From positions 1-34,856 of IMG/VR virus record IMGVR_UViG_3300037962_000142: a stretch of 34,856 bases of DNA; one strand, given 5' to 3'. The first letter of the stretch is position 1. Each line of letters begins with the position of its first letter. Origin of the DNA: a virus (lineage: Duplodnaviria > Caudoviricetes). Shown here piece after piece: positions 8,053-16,716 of the stretch. Both the position numbers and the translations under genes were made by a program. The notes under the pieces were generated by a model. It was not told where the DNA came from. It saw only the letters and a list, made by a program, of their open reading frames with translations, and searched no databases.

Positions 8053-10505
8053 GCTGGCATTACTCCCCCAGAGCGCATGGGCTGAGGCTGTCTCATGGTC
8101 CCGGTTCTTTCCATCCTGACTCGATCCAGCATTCCATCAAGCTCCCGAACCCCGGCATCTGTGCTGCCGTCTCCAATGCCAGAAACAACGTCAGCGGGAA
8201 CAATGTACTCCCCGGGGCTAACAGCAACTGGCTGATCTGCGCCAATCATCCCCGGAATGCGATCATCCATTCCGCCACCAGAACCAACAATTTCTCCCTC
8301 AGTCTGAGCGTTTGGGACTATCTCCTGTAGCACTTTTTCACGCAGCATCTGGAATGCTTCAGGGCCAAACTCATCAACGAATCTGGCAATCACAACTTCA
8401 GCTTCTTCTTCAGCGAGGCGACCAGAGATAGCCATAACTGCTCGATCAATTAGCAACTGACCATTAGCCTCCATCGTGTCACTCATGGCAGAGTCAGAAG
8501 TATTACCACCTTCCCTCATGCCCGGTCCGTCAAGTGACGGGACAGACCCAGTGCTATTTATTATTTCGCGCAAAATATTTATTTCGGCCTGCTGCTCAGG
8601 GGTCAATTCCTCAGTAGGAATATCTGTTATTCCACCACTAGTGTCCGCAGGGCTACCGGGGGGCCTTGTTGAACTAGGGGGGCTTATTGGGTTATTTGCA
8701 TCCAAAATTACCCGCTCCACAAGAGCAGGATCAGAGCCGGGGTCAATCATCTGATCCATTCTAGGCTCAGCAGTAAAGTCACCCGGGCCGGAATCTTCAG
8801 TACGAAGACTTGTTATTCCCCCTGTAGTCCCTCCAGTAGTCCCTCCAGTAGTTACTGTGCCATTTGTCTTTGGAATACCCTCAAACCCCGGGCCTCCCCC
8901 CATGTCGATAGCGCCATCTCCTGCATTTTCAGGAGGAAGATCGCCTGCATCTGCCGGGGGATAATTACCGCCGGTAAAAGGAGGGGGCGCAGGTGGCCTG
9001 AAGTATGAAATCTCAGCATCAAAACCCGGGCGATAACCTGCCAATTCTTCACGACTTATTACCTGAGAAGGACGAATGCCTGCCTGTCTTAACGCAGCAT
9101 CAGCCCCTCGTTGATATGCCGTACCTGTTTGCTCAGCAACATCACTAATAACTCGGCCAAAAATACCATCTTCCAAGTGGGCTGTTGCAGAGTCATGGGC
9201 AAGATTCCCTGCCGCATCAATTGCCCCTGCAAGCGCATCTTGGCTTTCAGCCACAGGATTACTAGATTCTATTCCCGAATCACCATACCGATATGTCGTT
9301 CCACCTACAGTGATTGAAGCATTTCGGTTGTTTCTTAAGTGATTGCCGATACCCCTCTGGTTAGGATTGAACTCACCACCGTTATTCATCCTCACGACAG
9401 ACTGACCTTTAATCATGTCTTGCAGGCCATTGAGGCTTCTTCCGTAATGGGCAGGATCTATAGAGGTAACACCGCCCCCTGCCGCCACCTTACGAGGAAT
9501 TTTGTATCCCGGGTAATCCCTTTCAAGCTGCTCAAAAGAGCGATTCATGATGCCAACGTTTCTTAGATAATCTTCCTCACGTTCTCGCTCAAAGCGTCGG
9601 CCTTCCTCCTCAAATTCTTCCTGAGCGGCTAACGCAGCCTGCTGGCCTTCACCTACACCAATAGCCGCTAATGAACTAGGCTGAAGCAATGTTTTTCCAA
9701 ACGCGCCCGGCTCTTTAAAGGGAGCGGTGAATCGGTCTCCAATACTTTGCTGTTCTCTCAAATCGCTTAAAGTAGATTCCAGATTAGAAACTCTTTGATC
9801 TGCAATACCTTTAAGGTTAAGAGCCTCTAATTGAGCATCTGCCGCAACATTTGATGCTTGAATAGATGGATCAAGACTCACTGGAGAGGGCGAAAAATCT
9901 GCAGATACAGATAAAGGTGACTGACTTCCCACAGGTGACATCTGCAAGGGATTACCAAGAGCGTCAGTTGGAAGCCCAGCAACATCTGGAGTGGCAAAAG
10001 CACTTGCGACATCCGAGCTTGCAGCAGCAACATCTGCCCCCGCAGTAGCAAGATTTGCTCCCGCCTCAGAAGCTGCTGTCTGAGCAGCATCAAGAGCCGC
10101 AGATGTATCTCCTATCGCTGGATTAAGAGCGTCTGATGCAGCACCCAAAGCTTTACCAAGACCAAAGCCGGTAATGCCAGACAACAGACCCTTCTTAATG
10201 TCGCCAGTCACAGCCGTCGTCGCAAGACCCGACCCAATAGCAGAGGCTAATGCTGTCTTCCCGGCCAAAGCAGGAATTACTGACGGCAACACAGACGCCC
10301 CCAAAGTGCTGCCTAGTATGGAAGCAAGAAAAGGCAGGAACGCTTCAGGCTGGCCCGTTACCGGGTTAATCGTCAGAGACCCCGTAGGAGACAATGCCGC
10401 AATTCCCTGAACCTCTACAGGGTTCATATGCACAAGCATCGAATCGCCATAGCGTCCATGCTGCGCCATCTCATCCATAAAGGGCTTTGCTGGATATTGG
10501 TTCAT
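8049..10505 (-). CDS. Internal virion protein (818 aa)
   Basis: N-terminal GRYGDSMLVHMNPVE...INPVTGQPEAF domain, Gly/Ala hydrophobic segment, four xxxGG motifs, C-terminal GSGGGMDDRIP...SPGEYIVPADVV domain. Confidence 0.7.
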   Translation of the reverse strand: MNQYPAKPFMDEMAQHGRYGDSMLVHMNPVEVQGIAALSPTGSLTINPVTGQPEAFLPFLASILGSTLGASVLPSVIPALAGKTALASAIGSGLATTAVTGDIKKGLLSGITGFGLGKALGAASDALNPAIGDTSAALDAAQTAASEAGANLATAGADVAAASSDVASAFATPDVAGLPTDALGNPLQMSPVGSQSPLSVSADFSPSPVSLDPSIQASNVAADAQLEALNLKGIADQRVSNLESTLSDLREQQSIGDRFTAPFKEPGAFGKTLLQPSSLAAIGVGEGQQAALAAQEEFEEEGRRFEREREEDYLRNVGIMNRSFEQLERDYPGYKIPRKVAAGGGVTSIDPAHYGRSLNGLQDMIKGQSVVRMNNGGEFNPNQRGIGNHLRNNRNASITVGGTTYRYGDSGIESSNPVAESQDALAGAIDAAGNLAHDSATAHLEDGIFGRVISDVAEQTGTAYQRGADAALRQAGIRPSQVISREELAGYRPGFDAEISYFRPPAPPPFTGGNYPPADAGDLPPENAGDGAIDMGGGPGFEGIPKTNGTVTTGGTTGGTTGGITSLRTEDSGPGDFTAEPRMDQMIDPGSDPALVERVILDANNPISPPSSTRPPGSPADTSGGITDIPTEELTPEQQAEINILREIINSTGSVPSLDGPGMREGGNTSDSAMSDTMEANGQLLIDRAVMAISGRLAEEEAEVVIARFVDEFGPEAFQMLREKVLQEIVPNAQTEGEIVGSGGGMDDRIPGMIGADQPVAVSPGEYIVPADVVSGIGDGSTDAGVRELDGMLDRVRMERTGTMRQPQPMRSGGVMPA

Positions 10506-10507
10506 AA

Positions 10508-10837
10508 CTAACTTGTCTCTACGCCGAATAAGTTAAAGCTGACATTAGCCGCGCTTGAATAAACCTTTACTACGTCTTTCTGACCTAAGCACAAGCCAAT
10601 CACCACAGTTCTTGTTGTGGTAGCCGCCAAGTCTTCGTCATAAAAAATAAACTGCTTATCATCTGCCGAGGCATTGTTAACGTGCACGCTAACCCGGAAC
10701 GTAATTCCAGACCCGCCTCTGTTACATACAACAAGAGAACTGCAGGTAGTCTGAGTGAGGTCAGGGACTGAATACAGGGTGGTTGTCGTAGTTGCATTTA
10801 CATCAACCTGTCCGAGAACCTTGATTACATCAGCCAC
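10508..10837 (-). CDS. Small beta-rich tail-associated protein (109 aa)
   Basis: In operon, overlaps upstream gene; TTLYSVP...LVVCN...FNLFGVE beta-strand pattern. Confidence 0.55.
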   Translation of the reverse strand: MADVIKVLGQVDVNATTTTTLYSVPDLTQTTCSSLVVCNRGGSGITFRVSVHVNNASADDKQFIFYDEDLAATTTRTVVIGLCLGQKDVVKVYSSAANVSFNLFGVETS

Positions 10838-11033
10838 CTGATGCTCCCATCAAAAGAAACTGAAACCGACGCATTGCCAGAGAGCCGGGCTTGTCACCCT
10901 GCGTCTTTGCAAGTTCTATGTCGTTTTCTAGTGTCTGAAAAGTGAACTCTATTGTCCTTCTAGTGACTGCCTCATTCTCTTCAGCGTACTCCAGAGCAGG
11001 CGCGGGCAAGGGAATTGTTCTTCTGGTTGCCAT
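10830..11033 (-). CDS. Small tail protein, possible needle/plug N-terminal module (67 aa)
   Basis: TAATG-coupled to the tail hub gene; LPAPALEY followed by a helix; position matches P22 gene 26. Confidence 0.45.
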   Translation of the reverse strand: MATRRTIPLPAPALEYAEENEAVTRRTIEFTFQTLENDIELAKTQGDKPGSLAMRRFQFLLMGASGG

Positions 11034-12886
11034 TAACGTCTCCCGTCAGGCCGCATATCAAATCTGAGGTCGCCAAGCCTCCAACCATACCCAGACCCAG
11101 AACTTTCTACCCGGACAATTGAATGCCTTGCTCTGTTCCTGACATAAGACTGGGTGCTGCTTGGCGTTATAGTCGACGTTGATAGCGTGGCATCAGTCTC
11201 AAGCGGGAAATCGCTACCCTTAATAACTATATTTGCGGAAGCGTCTGTCTGGTTTCCATTGAATGTAAAGTCAGGAACGATCCGGCTCATAAACATAAAG
11301 AACTCGCCTTCAGATAATTCCAGATCACCTGACTCAATGAACGCAGTCATAGCCTCTCCGTCTGCGTCATAGCCAACTTCATGCTCGTAAAGGTAATTGC
11401 TCTCACCATCTATAGCCGTGGCAGCCAAAGGATATTGCCTCGTTGTACCGCCGATCCAAGAACCTCTAGATAAAGTCCCAACAGACCACAGGTTCTCTTC
11501 GTAATTGAACGTCACATAATTAGTGATCTCTGTGTTTCCTGACCCCACGGGATAAAACCAGCTAACTTCGTTGTAGTCAGTATTTTCCGCAGCAAAGACC
11601 TTGAACGCCTGGTCTTGATTCAGGTTAGAAAACACATGCTCTTTAACGGAGCAGGGCACTGGCTGAACAGAACCGTTGTAAACATAGAAGTTTCTTCTGT
11701 CCATGAAATAGACAACACCGCGAGCGTTGACAGCGGCATTCGGGGAAATCATGGATACGTCTGAGCTTAGGCGCGTAAATTCAAATATAAACGGAGCGCC
11801 AATAAACCTCATGGAATGCAGGCTTACGTCAGTCCAGATAAGTATCTCTTGCCTTGTCTGAACAGCCCCAATAATTTCAGAGCCAGAGTTAATCCTTACG
11901 CCCCCAGCAGTGTTAGTTGCTGTAGGAGTCCAATCGGCAGCATTTTCTTGATCAGAAAACCTTACAAACAATGGGTCTATATTTGATGAACCAATGGGAT
12001 TAACGCCAAAGGCGATAACGTGCTGATCTGTATCTGAGACCATTGTTTGGAGCGCAATAGTTGGAGCATCTGAAGCCCCGCTAAGGCTTGTGATATTGAC
12101 GGCTCTGGCTCCGGTTCCACTAGACTCGTCCCAGTAATAAATGCCGCCGCCCCGAACATTAAGTATTAGGTCTTCACCAAAGTTATCTTGACTCCACAAG
12201 CGCAATTGGTTTCTTGAAGCTACAGAGCTTGAGCTTCCCCAAGTTCCCGAACCCCAAGGCTCAGCGCCCCAACCAGTGCCACTAACAAAAGCATTCAGTC
12301 CTGTATTGATTTGATAGGCACCAACTACACTAGAACCACCATTGCCAGAATCTGAAGCATTCGCTGTAACGGAATCCCCGCTCGTATCCTTAGCTTCAAT
12401 TGTGTAAGTGTTGGTCGTTGGGACGGTGGCAATCTGGTATTCCTGATTCAGGACCGCAGCAATAATATTGCCGCCCAAAGATGCAGCATCGCTAAATGTG
12501 ACAAAGTCATTAACAACAGCGCCGTGCGCTGTATCTGTCACAGTTATGGTTGAAGACCCATTTGTTGCCGCAAACGTTACATCGCCTGCCGAAGTTGTAG
12601 CCCGAAGCGGAGTTACGTCATTGAAGCCGCTGCCCTCAGCAATATAAAACTTAAGGTTCGTCCCCAAGGCAATATATTTGATTGACTCCAAAGAAGCCCA
12701 ATCATGTATTGACCGGCAAATACCCAAAAAGGAATCTTCGGCAAACTTCCGCCAGCCACCTATTTTTTCAGGGCGACCTTTCCTAAACCGAATCTTGTCG
12801 GAGTCAAACCACCCGGCGTCGGCTGTGTACTCAGTCCCTTCTTTATTGACGCCCGGGGCAAACTGTATCTTCGTTAATGGCATCAA
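11033..12886 (-). CDS. Tail hub/nozzle (P22 gp10-like stabilisation protein, 617 aa)
   Basis: Beta-propeller-like motifs (LWSQDNFGEDL, VRFSDQEN, VYFMD, VSWFYP, YEHEVG), C-terminal RLGDLRFDMRPDGRR; size and position fit. Confidence 0.75.
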   Translation of the reverse strand: MMPLTKIQFAPGVNKEGTEYTADAGWFDSDKIRFRKGRPEKIGGWRKFAEDSFLGICRSIHDWASLESIKYIALGTNLKFYIAEGSGFNDVTPLRATTSAGDVTFAATNGSSTITVTDTAHGAVVNDFVTFSDAASLGGNIIAAVLNQEYQIATVPTTNTYTIEAKDTSGDSVTANASDSGNGGSSVVGAYQINTGLNAFVSGTGWGAEPWGSGTWGSSSSVASRNQLRLWSQDNFGEDLILNVRGGGIYYWDESSGTGARAVNITSLSGASDAPTIALQTMVSDTDQHVIAFGVNPIGSSNIDPLFVRFSDQENAADWTPTATNTAGGVRINSGSEIIGAVQTRQEILIWTDVSLHSMRFIGAPFIFEFTRLSSDVSMISPNAAVNARGVVYFMDRRNFYVYNGSVQPVPCSVKEHVFSNLNQDQAFKVFAAENTDYNEVSWFYPVGSGNTEITNYVTFNYEENLWSVGTLSRGSWIGGTTRQYPLAATAIDGESNYLYEHEVGYDADGEAMTAFIESGDLELSEGEFFMFMSRIVPDFTFNGNQTDASANIVIKGSDFPLETDATLSTSTITPSSTQSYVRNRARHSIVRVESSGSGYGWRLGDLRFDMRPDGRR

Positions 12887-14352
12887 CCTCGCCTGCTGTA
12901 ACTTAAAGGCCCTCGGGTCTGCATAAACCCCTCCGAACCAAGCCCGGCAAAGCCTCCGCTAAAGCCTCCGCCGTGATTAAAACCAAAACCCCCGCGACCC
13001 CCGCGACCGGGTAACCCTATGTTGGGCTGCATAAAAGTCGGCGGTTGTTGCGGACTCATTGGCTGATACATGGCAGGACTGCCAGAGGGGCGATGTGGGT
13101 CATCTGGAGTCTGAAATGAGGCTGGCAATGGTTCCCGAGGAGGTTCAACAGGATCAGCAGGACTACCGGGGGGTCGATATGGGCCACCCGGAGGCTGAGG
13201 TTCTGGCTGATACGGCGCAGGGCCAGTCTGCCCCAAAGGAGCAGGGGGAGTATATGGCTGGTAATGTGGGAACTGAAAGGTGTCTGTCATGTTTTGTGGA
13301 ATGCCATAGCCAGCAAACCTATCAGCGGTATTTTGCATTTGCCCGTAACCCGGAGACATTATCGGCGCGTTATAGCTAGGCGGCGCTGAAAACGGAGGAA
13401 TCCCTGCGTCAGGGTATGAAGGAGAACTTGGAGGCTGAGGGTAATACCCTCCCGGCTGGGGCATGTTCTGCCTTCCTTTACCGGGCATGGATGGTCCTCT
13501 GCCTTTACCGGGACCAGACGGGCCTCTGCCTTTACCGGGGCTTGGGAATCCCGGAGACCCTATTGGGCCTCTACCTTTACCCGGGCCAGATGGACCCCTG
13601 CCTTTGCCGGGACTCGGAAAACCCGGGGAGCCCATTATTGGACCCCTACCTTTCCCCGGGCCAGATGGCCCCCTGCCCCTACCCGGTTCCGGAAACCCCG
13701 GCATGTAAGGAGGGTCCATAGGCATCGGAAAACCCGGCATGTAAGGAGGGTCCATAGGCACAGGTGTGGGAATACTTGCTACTGGACCCCTGTTACCGCC
13801 GCCAAAATCTACCCTATTGCCATCTTCGTCAAAGTAACTCCCTCCTGCCATTGGCTCCCTGCCACCCGGCATGCCCGGCGGCATGCCCGGTCTTTGACCT
13901 ATTCGCCCCTGATGACCGGGAAGTTGAACTTCTCCTGAAGCAATAGCACCGGAACCGCGAGGATCAAATGGAGGTGGAGGCTGTCGGAACAGATTTTGCC
14001 TGTAGTTCTGGGCCGGGCGAGCCTGCTGTATTCCCCCAGCAAAAGGATCGGGAACGCTAGGATCGAGATCAACGCCAGACCGAAGTGCTTCCTGAAGGGC
14101 TCTATTGAAGTTGCTCAAAGAAGGAGGCACGTTCCCAATATTTCTTAGCGGATCAAGAGGTTGGCGGGACGGACCCCCACCTTTCCCCGGAAGAGATCGG
14201 CCTCTGCCCTTCCCCGGACCAGATGGGCCTCTGCCTTTTCCCGGGCTCAACGGGCCTCTAGGCGTCATGTCCCGCCTCGGGTCGTATTGCGCGAAAGGAT
14301 CGTGCCTTCTTCGCAGATAAACCGAACCTATATCTCCGGGAAACTGAGACAT
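12883..14352 (-). CDS. Pro/Gly-rich intrinsically disordered protein with PGKGRG repeats (489 aa)
   Basis: Start revised to ATG at 14350-14352 (AGGAG 7 nt upstream, just after the lysozyme stop). Fills the gap exactly, with an ATGA overlap into the next gene. Repeats differ at synonymous positions, which supports coding. Confidence 0.8.
   Translation of the reverse strand: MSQFPGDIGSVYLRRRHDPFAQYDPRRDMTPRGPLSPGKGRGPSGPGKGRGRSLPGKGGGPSRQPLDPLRNIGNVPPSLSNFNRALQEALRSGVDLDPSVPDPFAGGIQQARPAQNYRQNLFRQPPPPFDPRGSGAIASGEVQLPGHQGRIGQRPGMPPGMPGGREPMAGGSYFDEDGNRVDFGGGNRGPVASIPTPVPMDPPYMPGFPMPMDPPYMPGFPEPGRGRGPSGPGKGRGPIMGSPGFPSPGKGRGPSGPGKGRGPIGSPGFPSPGKGRGPSGPGKGRGPSMPGKGRQNMPQPGGYYPQPPSSPSYPDAGIPPFSAPPSYNAPIMSPGYGQMQNTADRFAGYGIPQNMTDTFQFPHYQPYTPPAPLGQTGPAPYQPEPQPPGGPYRPPGSPADPVEPPREPLPASFQTPDDPHRPSGSPAMYQPMSPQQPPTFMQPNIGLPGRGGRGGFGFNHGGGFSGGFAGLGSEGFMQTRGPLSYSRRG
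13470..13760 (-). repeat. PGKGRGPSG coding repeats and an exact 28-bp duplication
   Basis: cccggcatgtaaggagggtccataggca at 13697-13724 and 13733-13760 (period 36); degenerate PGKGRG units at 13470-13690. Confidence 0.9.
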
Positions 14353-14353
14353 G

Positions 14354-14782
14354 CTATCTCTCCTGATATTCGCCAGACTCAATCATCTGGCATATTTCTA
14401 AGGCTCGATCACCCACTTGGGTTGCCCATTTGCTGTCGTAAAATTCTTTACTCGCCTCAGTATAGTTACCGTCAGCCATATGACCTAATGCCTTCACAAA
14501 CCCACGAAGCCTTGTCTGGCCAATATTGAATGACAAATCTATAAGGGCGTCTCGCCTTACGATGTCCAGATCGTCAAACCATTCATACTCAGAAGTAAGT
14601 TCTTTTCGACAACGACTGACATCATTATCCAGCAAGAAATCTATCTCTTCTTCGCTAAGACCAAGAGAGCCCTCAGCAAGACACCGCCCAACACCAATCG
14701 TGGTTAGACCAAGATGGTCTTCGTAAGCATGGGTCTTTACGCCTTCATGGCGCTTCAACATCTTCTTCAGTCGATAACTCAT
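14354..14782 (-). CDS. Endolysin, T4-lysozyme-like (GH24)
   Basis: HEGVKTHAYEDHLGLTTIG gives the E-x8-D-x5-T catalytic triad; also FNIG and SKWATQVGDRA. Confidence 0.92.
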   Translation of the reverse strand: MSYRLKKMLKRHEGVKTHAYEDHLGLTTIGVGRCLAEGSLGLSEEEIDFLLDNDVSRCRKELTSEYEWFDDLDIVRRDALIDLSFNIGQTRLRGFVKALGHMADGNYTEASKEFYDSKWATQVGDRALEICQMIESGEYQER

Positions 14783-15140
14783 CTTCGTCCAAGTCTCTGT
14801 AATACTTAATGATGCTTAATGCTTGTCGAATGTAACGCTTAACTTCGGCTATGTTTGTACTTAGATTTTCGTAACCCTTCGGAGTCAGTCCGTAATAGGC
14901 ATCAACTGGAGCATTTCCCACCTCAAGGGCATCTAAATATTCCTGCATCGTCTCCGGGGTCAGAACCTTCCATTCAACAAGAAGCGGGTTTATTTGATTA
15001 GGCAGCGGCGGATGGTACACCGGAGCGGGTTTTTCAATCGTAATAACCTCAACCTGATTTACATCAGGAACCGGGGTCGGTCTTACTAATGCACAGCTAG
15101 TTAAACTGATCAGGATTAGTAATAGAGGCAAGCTCTTCAT
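14745..15140 (-). CDS. Outer-membrane spanin (Rz1-like lipoprotein)
   Basis: Signal peptide with lipobox LTS-C16, Pro-rich body, overlaps the 3' end of the i-spanin candidate, next to endolysin. Confidence 0.75.
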   Translation of the reverse strand: MKSLPLLLILISLTSCALVRPTPVPDVNQVEVITIEKPAPVYHPPLPNQINPLLVEWKVLTPETMQEYLDALEVGNAPVDAYYGLTPKGYENLSTNIAEVKRYIRQALSIIKYYRDLDEDELSTEEDVEAP

Positions 15141-15504
15141 TGACCCTTAACGTTCCTTTGTTAATTACCTTTTGGATTAAACCCGGCTTCTTTATCGAAA
15201 GCATGTTCAAATTGTGCTTGGCAAACGTCCTTCTCATGTCGGCTACTTGAGTTTCTGCAGCCCTTGCCGCATCAGAAAGTTCACTAATCCTTTGAAAGTT
15301 TTGCTTTTCTGTTTCTATTCGATCAAGGATTTCCTTGTTTTGAGAACTAATCGTTCCTTCCAAAACAGCTTGATTGTTTATCGCCACTTGAAGCTCAGTC
15401 TTTAAGGCAGCTTTTTCGGCCTCTGATCTATCGTAATAAACCTTAAAAGAAATCCCGCACATGACCAGTGCGGCTCCTAAGACCCCCGAAACCTGCCACA
15501 TCAT
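15097..15504 (-). CDS. Inner-membrane spanin (Rz-like)
   Basis: N-terminal TM helix followed by a long coiled coil; directly upstream of the lipoprotein gene. Confidence 0.75.
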   Translation of the reverse strand: MMWQVSGVLGAALVMCGISFKVYYDRSEAEKAALKTELQVAINNQAVLEGTISSQNKEILDRIETEKQNFQRISELSDAARAAETQVADMRRTFAKHNLNMLSIKKPGLIQKVINKGTLRVNEELASITNPDQFN

Positions 15505-15818
15505 TTTCTAGCCATATACGCAGTCGCGCCGAAATACAGCCCAACCACTGATGCCTGAGAAAGAAACAGCATGTCACTCAGACTCGCAAGCGTAGCTAAG
15601 CGAGCCTCTGGAACAAATGGCATTAGAGGTAAAATAGCAAAGACGCACATGGAGCACATCGCTACCCACGCCATGCGGCGCTGGGTGTCGGCCTTTTCCT
15701 CTCGCATCTCCAATTCAAGCATGTCTTGTGAGCGGCGAATCTCATCATCTGTAACCGTGCCATCCCCGTCCAAATCAAACTCGGCGTACTGAGATTTGGG
15801 TTCCAGTTTTTTAGACAT
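15501..15818 (-). CDS. Holin candidate with N-terminal EF-hand loop
   Basis: 105 aa, two hydrophobic helices, basic C-terminus, precedes spanins and lysozyme; DLDGDGTVTDDE loop. Confidence 0.6.
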   Translation of the reverse strand: MSKKLEPKSQYAEFDLDGDGTVTDDEIRRSQDMLELEMREEKADTQRRMAWVAMCSMCVFAILPLMPFVPEARLATLASLSDMLFLSQASVVGLYFGATAYMARK

Positions 15819-16292
15819 CTAGTCAGCCCCGTAAAAGAAAGTGAAGAACACCCAGATAGCAAAAATTGACATCAGAAGCATGCCAAACATGATCGAAAAT
15901 ATTTGACCAATTTCTTTCCAAAATGCAATCCGCTTTTTCCGTTGAGCTTTAATTCTAGCGACTTCTTTCGCCGCATTTGCCTCAGCTTCGGCCATTCGCG
16001 CTTTGATACTTTTGTACAGATCGCCTTGGCCTTGGAGTAAGCACACGTCATGCAACATTCTGTCGTAGTTCGCAACTTGACGGGTAACGCTCTCCAGCCG
16101 CAAAGCCTCGGAATAGCTCATTTTCCCAGCGGCTTGAATTTTCTCGCACTCTTTAGCCGCCATAGCGGCTTCGCTCCAAGAGCCAAGGATGCTTCCAAGA
16201 TCACGACTATGACCGTGAGCATCACGAAGACTTTGAATGCCTTCGTTTACGGCCTTGAGCGCGGCGAACGCGGCTGAAAGCTCGGCAATCAT
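15819..16292 (-). CDS. Membrane-anchored helical protein (157 aa)
   Basis: Helical body and C-terminal TM segment; ATGA overlap with upstream gene. Confidence 0.6.
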   Translation of the reverse strand: MIAELSAAFAALKAVNEGIQSLRDAHGHSRDLGSILGSWSEAAMAAKECEKIQAAGKMSYSEALRLESVTRQVANYDRMLHDVCLLQGQGDLYKSIKARMAEAEANAAKEVARIKAQRKKRIAFWKEIGQIFSIMFGMLLMSIFAIWVFFTFFYGAD

Positions 16293-16510
16293 ACTTTTAT
16301 ATCGACGGTGGACATCGACCGACTAATGTCGGTAACAAGCATTTTGTTCCCGCGTAGCTGGTAAAGCTGAGTCTCAGAAATTTCTGTGACTTTTTTGACA
16401 GGAGCGCCGTCAGACGCCATGACTAACTCTTGCATCTGACGATTGGCAACCCGCCTCCACGCAATTGCTGGTGGATTCCCGGTCGTTTGGTCGATGCTGT
16501 TGATAGCCAT
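16289..16510 (-). CDS. Hypothetical protein (73 aa)
   Basis: Packs between neighbours with a 1-nt gap and a 4-nt overlap. Confidence 0.55.
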   Translation of the reverse strand: MAINSIDQTTGNPPAIAWRRVANRQMQELVMASDGAPVKKVTEISETQLYQLRGNKMLVTDISRSMSTVDIKV

Positions 16511-16511
16511 A

Positions 16512-16715
16512 TTAAGTCACAAGTTTTAGAACCTGCGGGAAAATCACTGCCGCGATCAAGGCACCGTAGATGCCCCAGATCATGTTTTCAAGCTTGTCGA
16601 ACCGTTTCGATCCACGCTCAAGACTCTCCTCAATAGACTCATACCGAAGGCGGCACTCTCGTTCGTGGGCCTCGATTTCAACAAGAGCTTTATTGGCAGG
16701 GTCTAGCTCGTTCAT
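16512..16715 (-). CDS. Small coiled-coil plus C-terminal TM protein (XhlA-like architecture)
   Basis: HERECRLRY...RFDKLENMIWGIYGALIAAV; near the lysis genes. Confidence 0.55.
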   Translation of the reverse strand: MNELDPANKALVEIEAHERECRLRYESIEESLERGSKRFDKLENMIWGIYGALIAAVIFPQVLKLVT

Positions 16716-16716
16716 C

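Noticed and set aside
13463-13708. Collagen-like reading of the Pro/Gly repeats on either strand
   Set aside because: Gly is not at every third residue, and the plus-strand ORF is only the antisense of the repeat.
14353-14382. TTG start for the Pro-rich ORF
   Set aside because: ATG at 14352 has a well-spaced AGGAG and follows the lysozyme stop.
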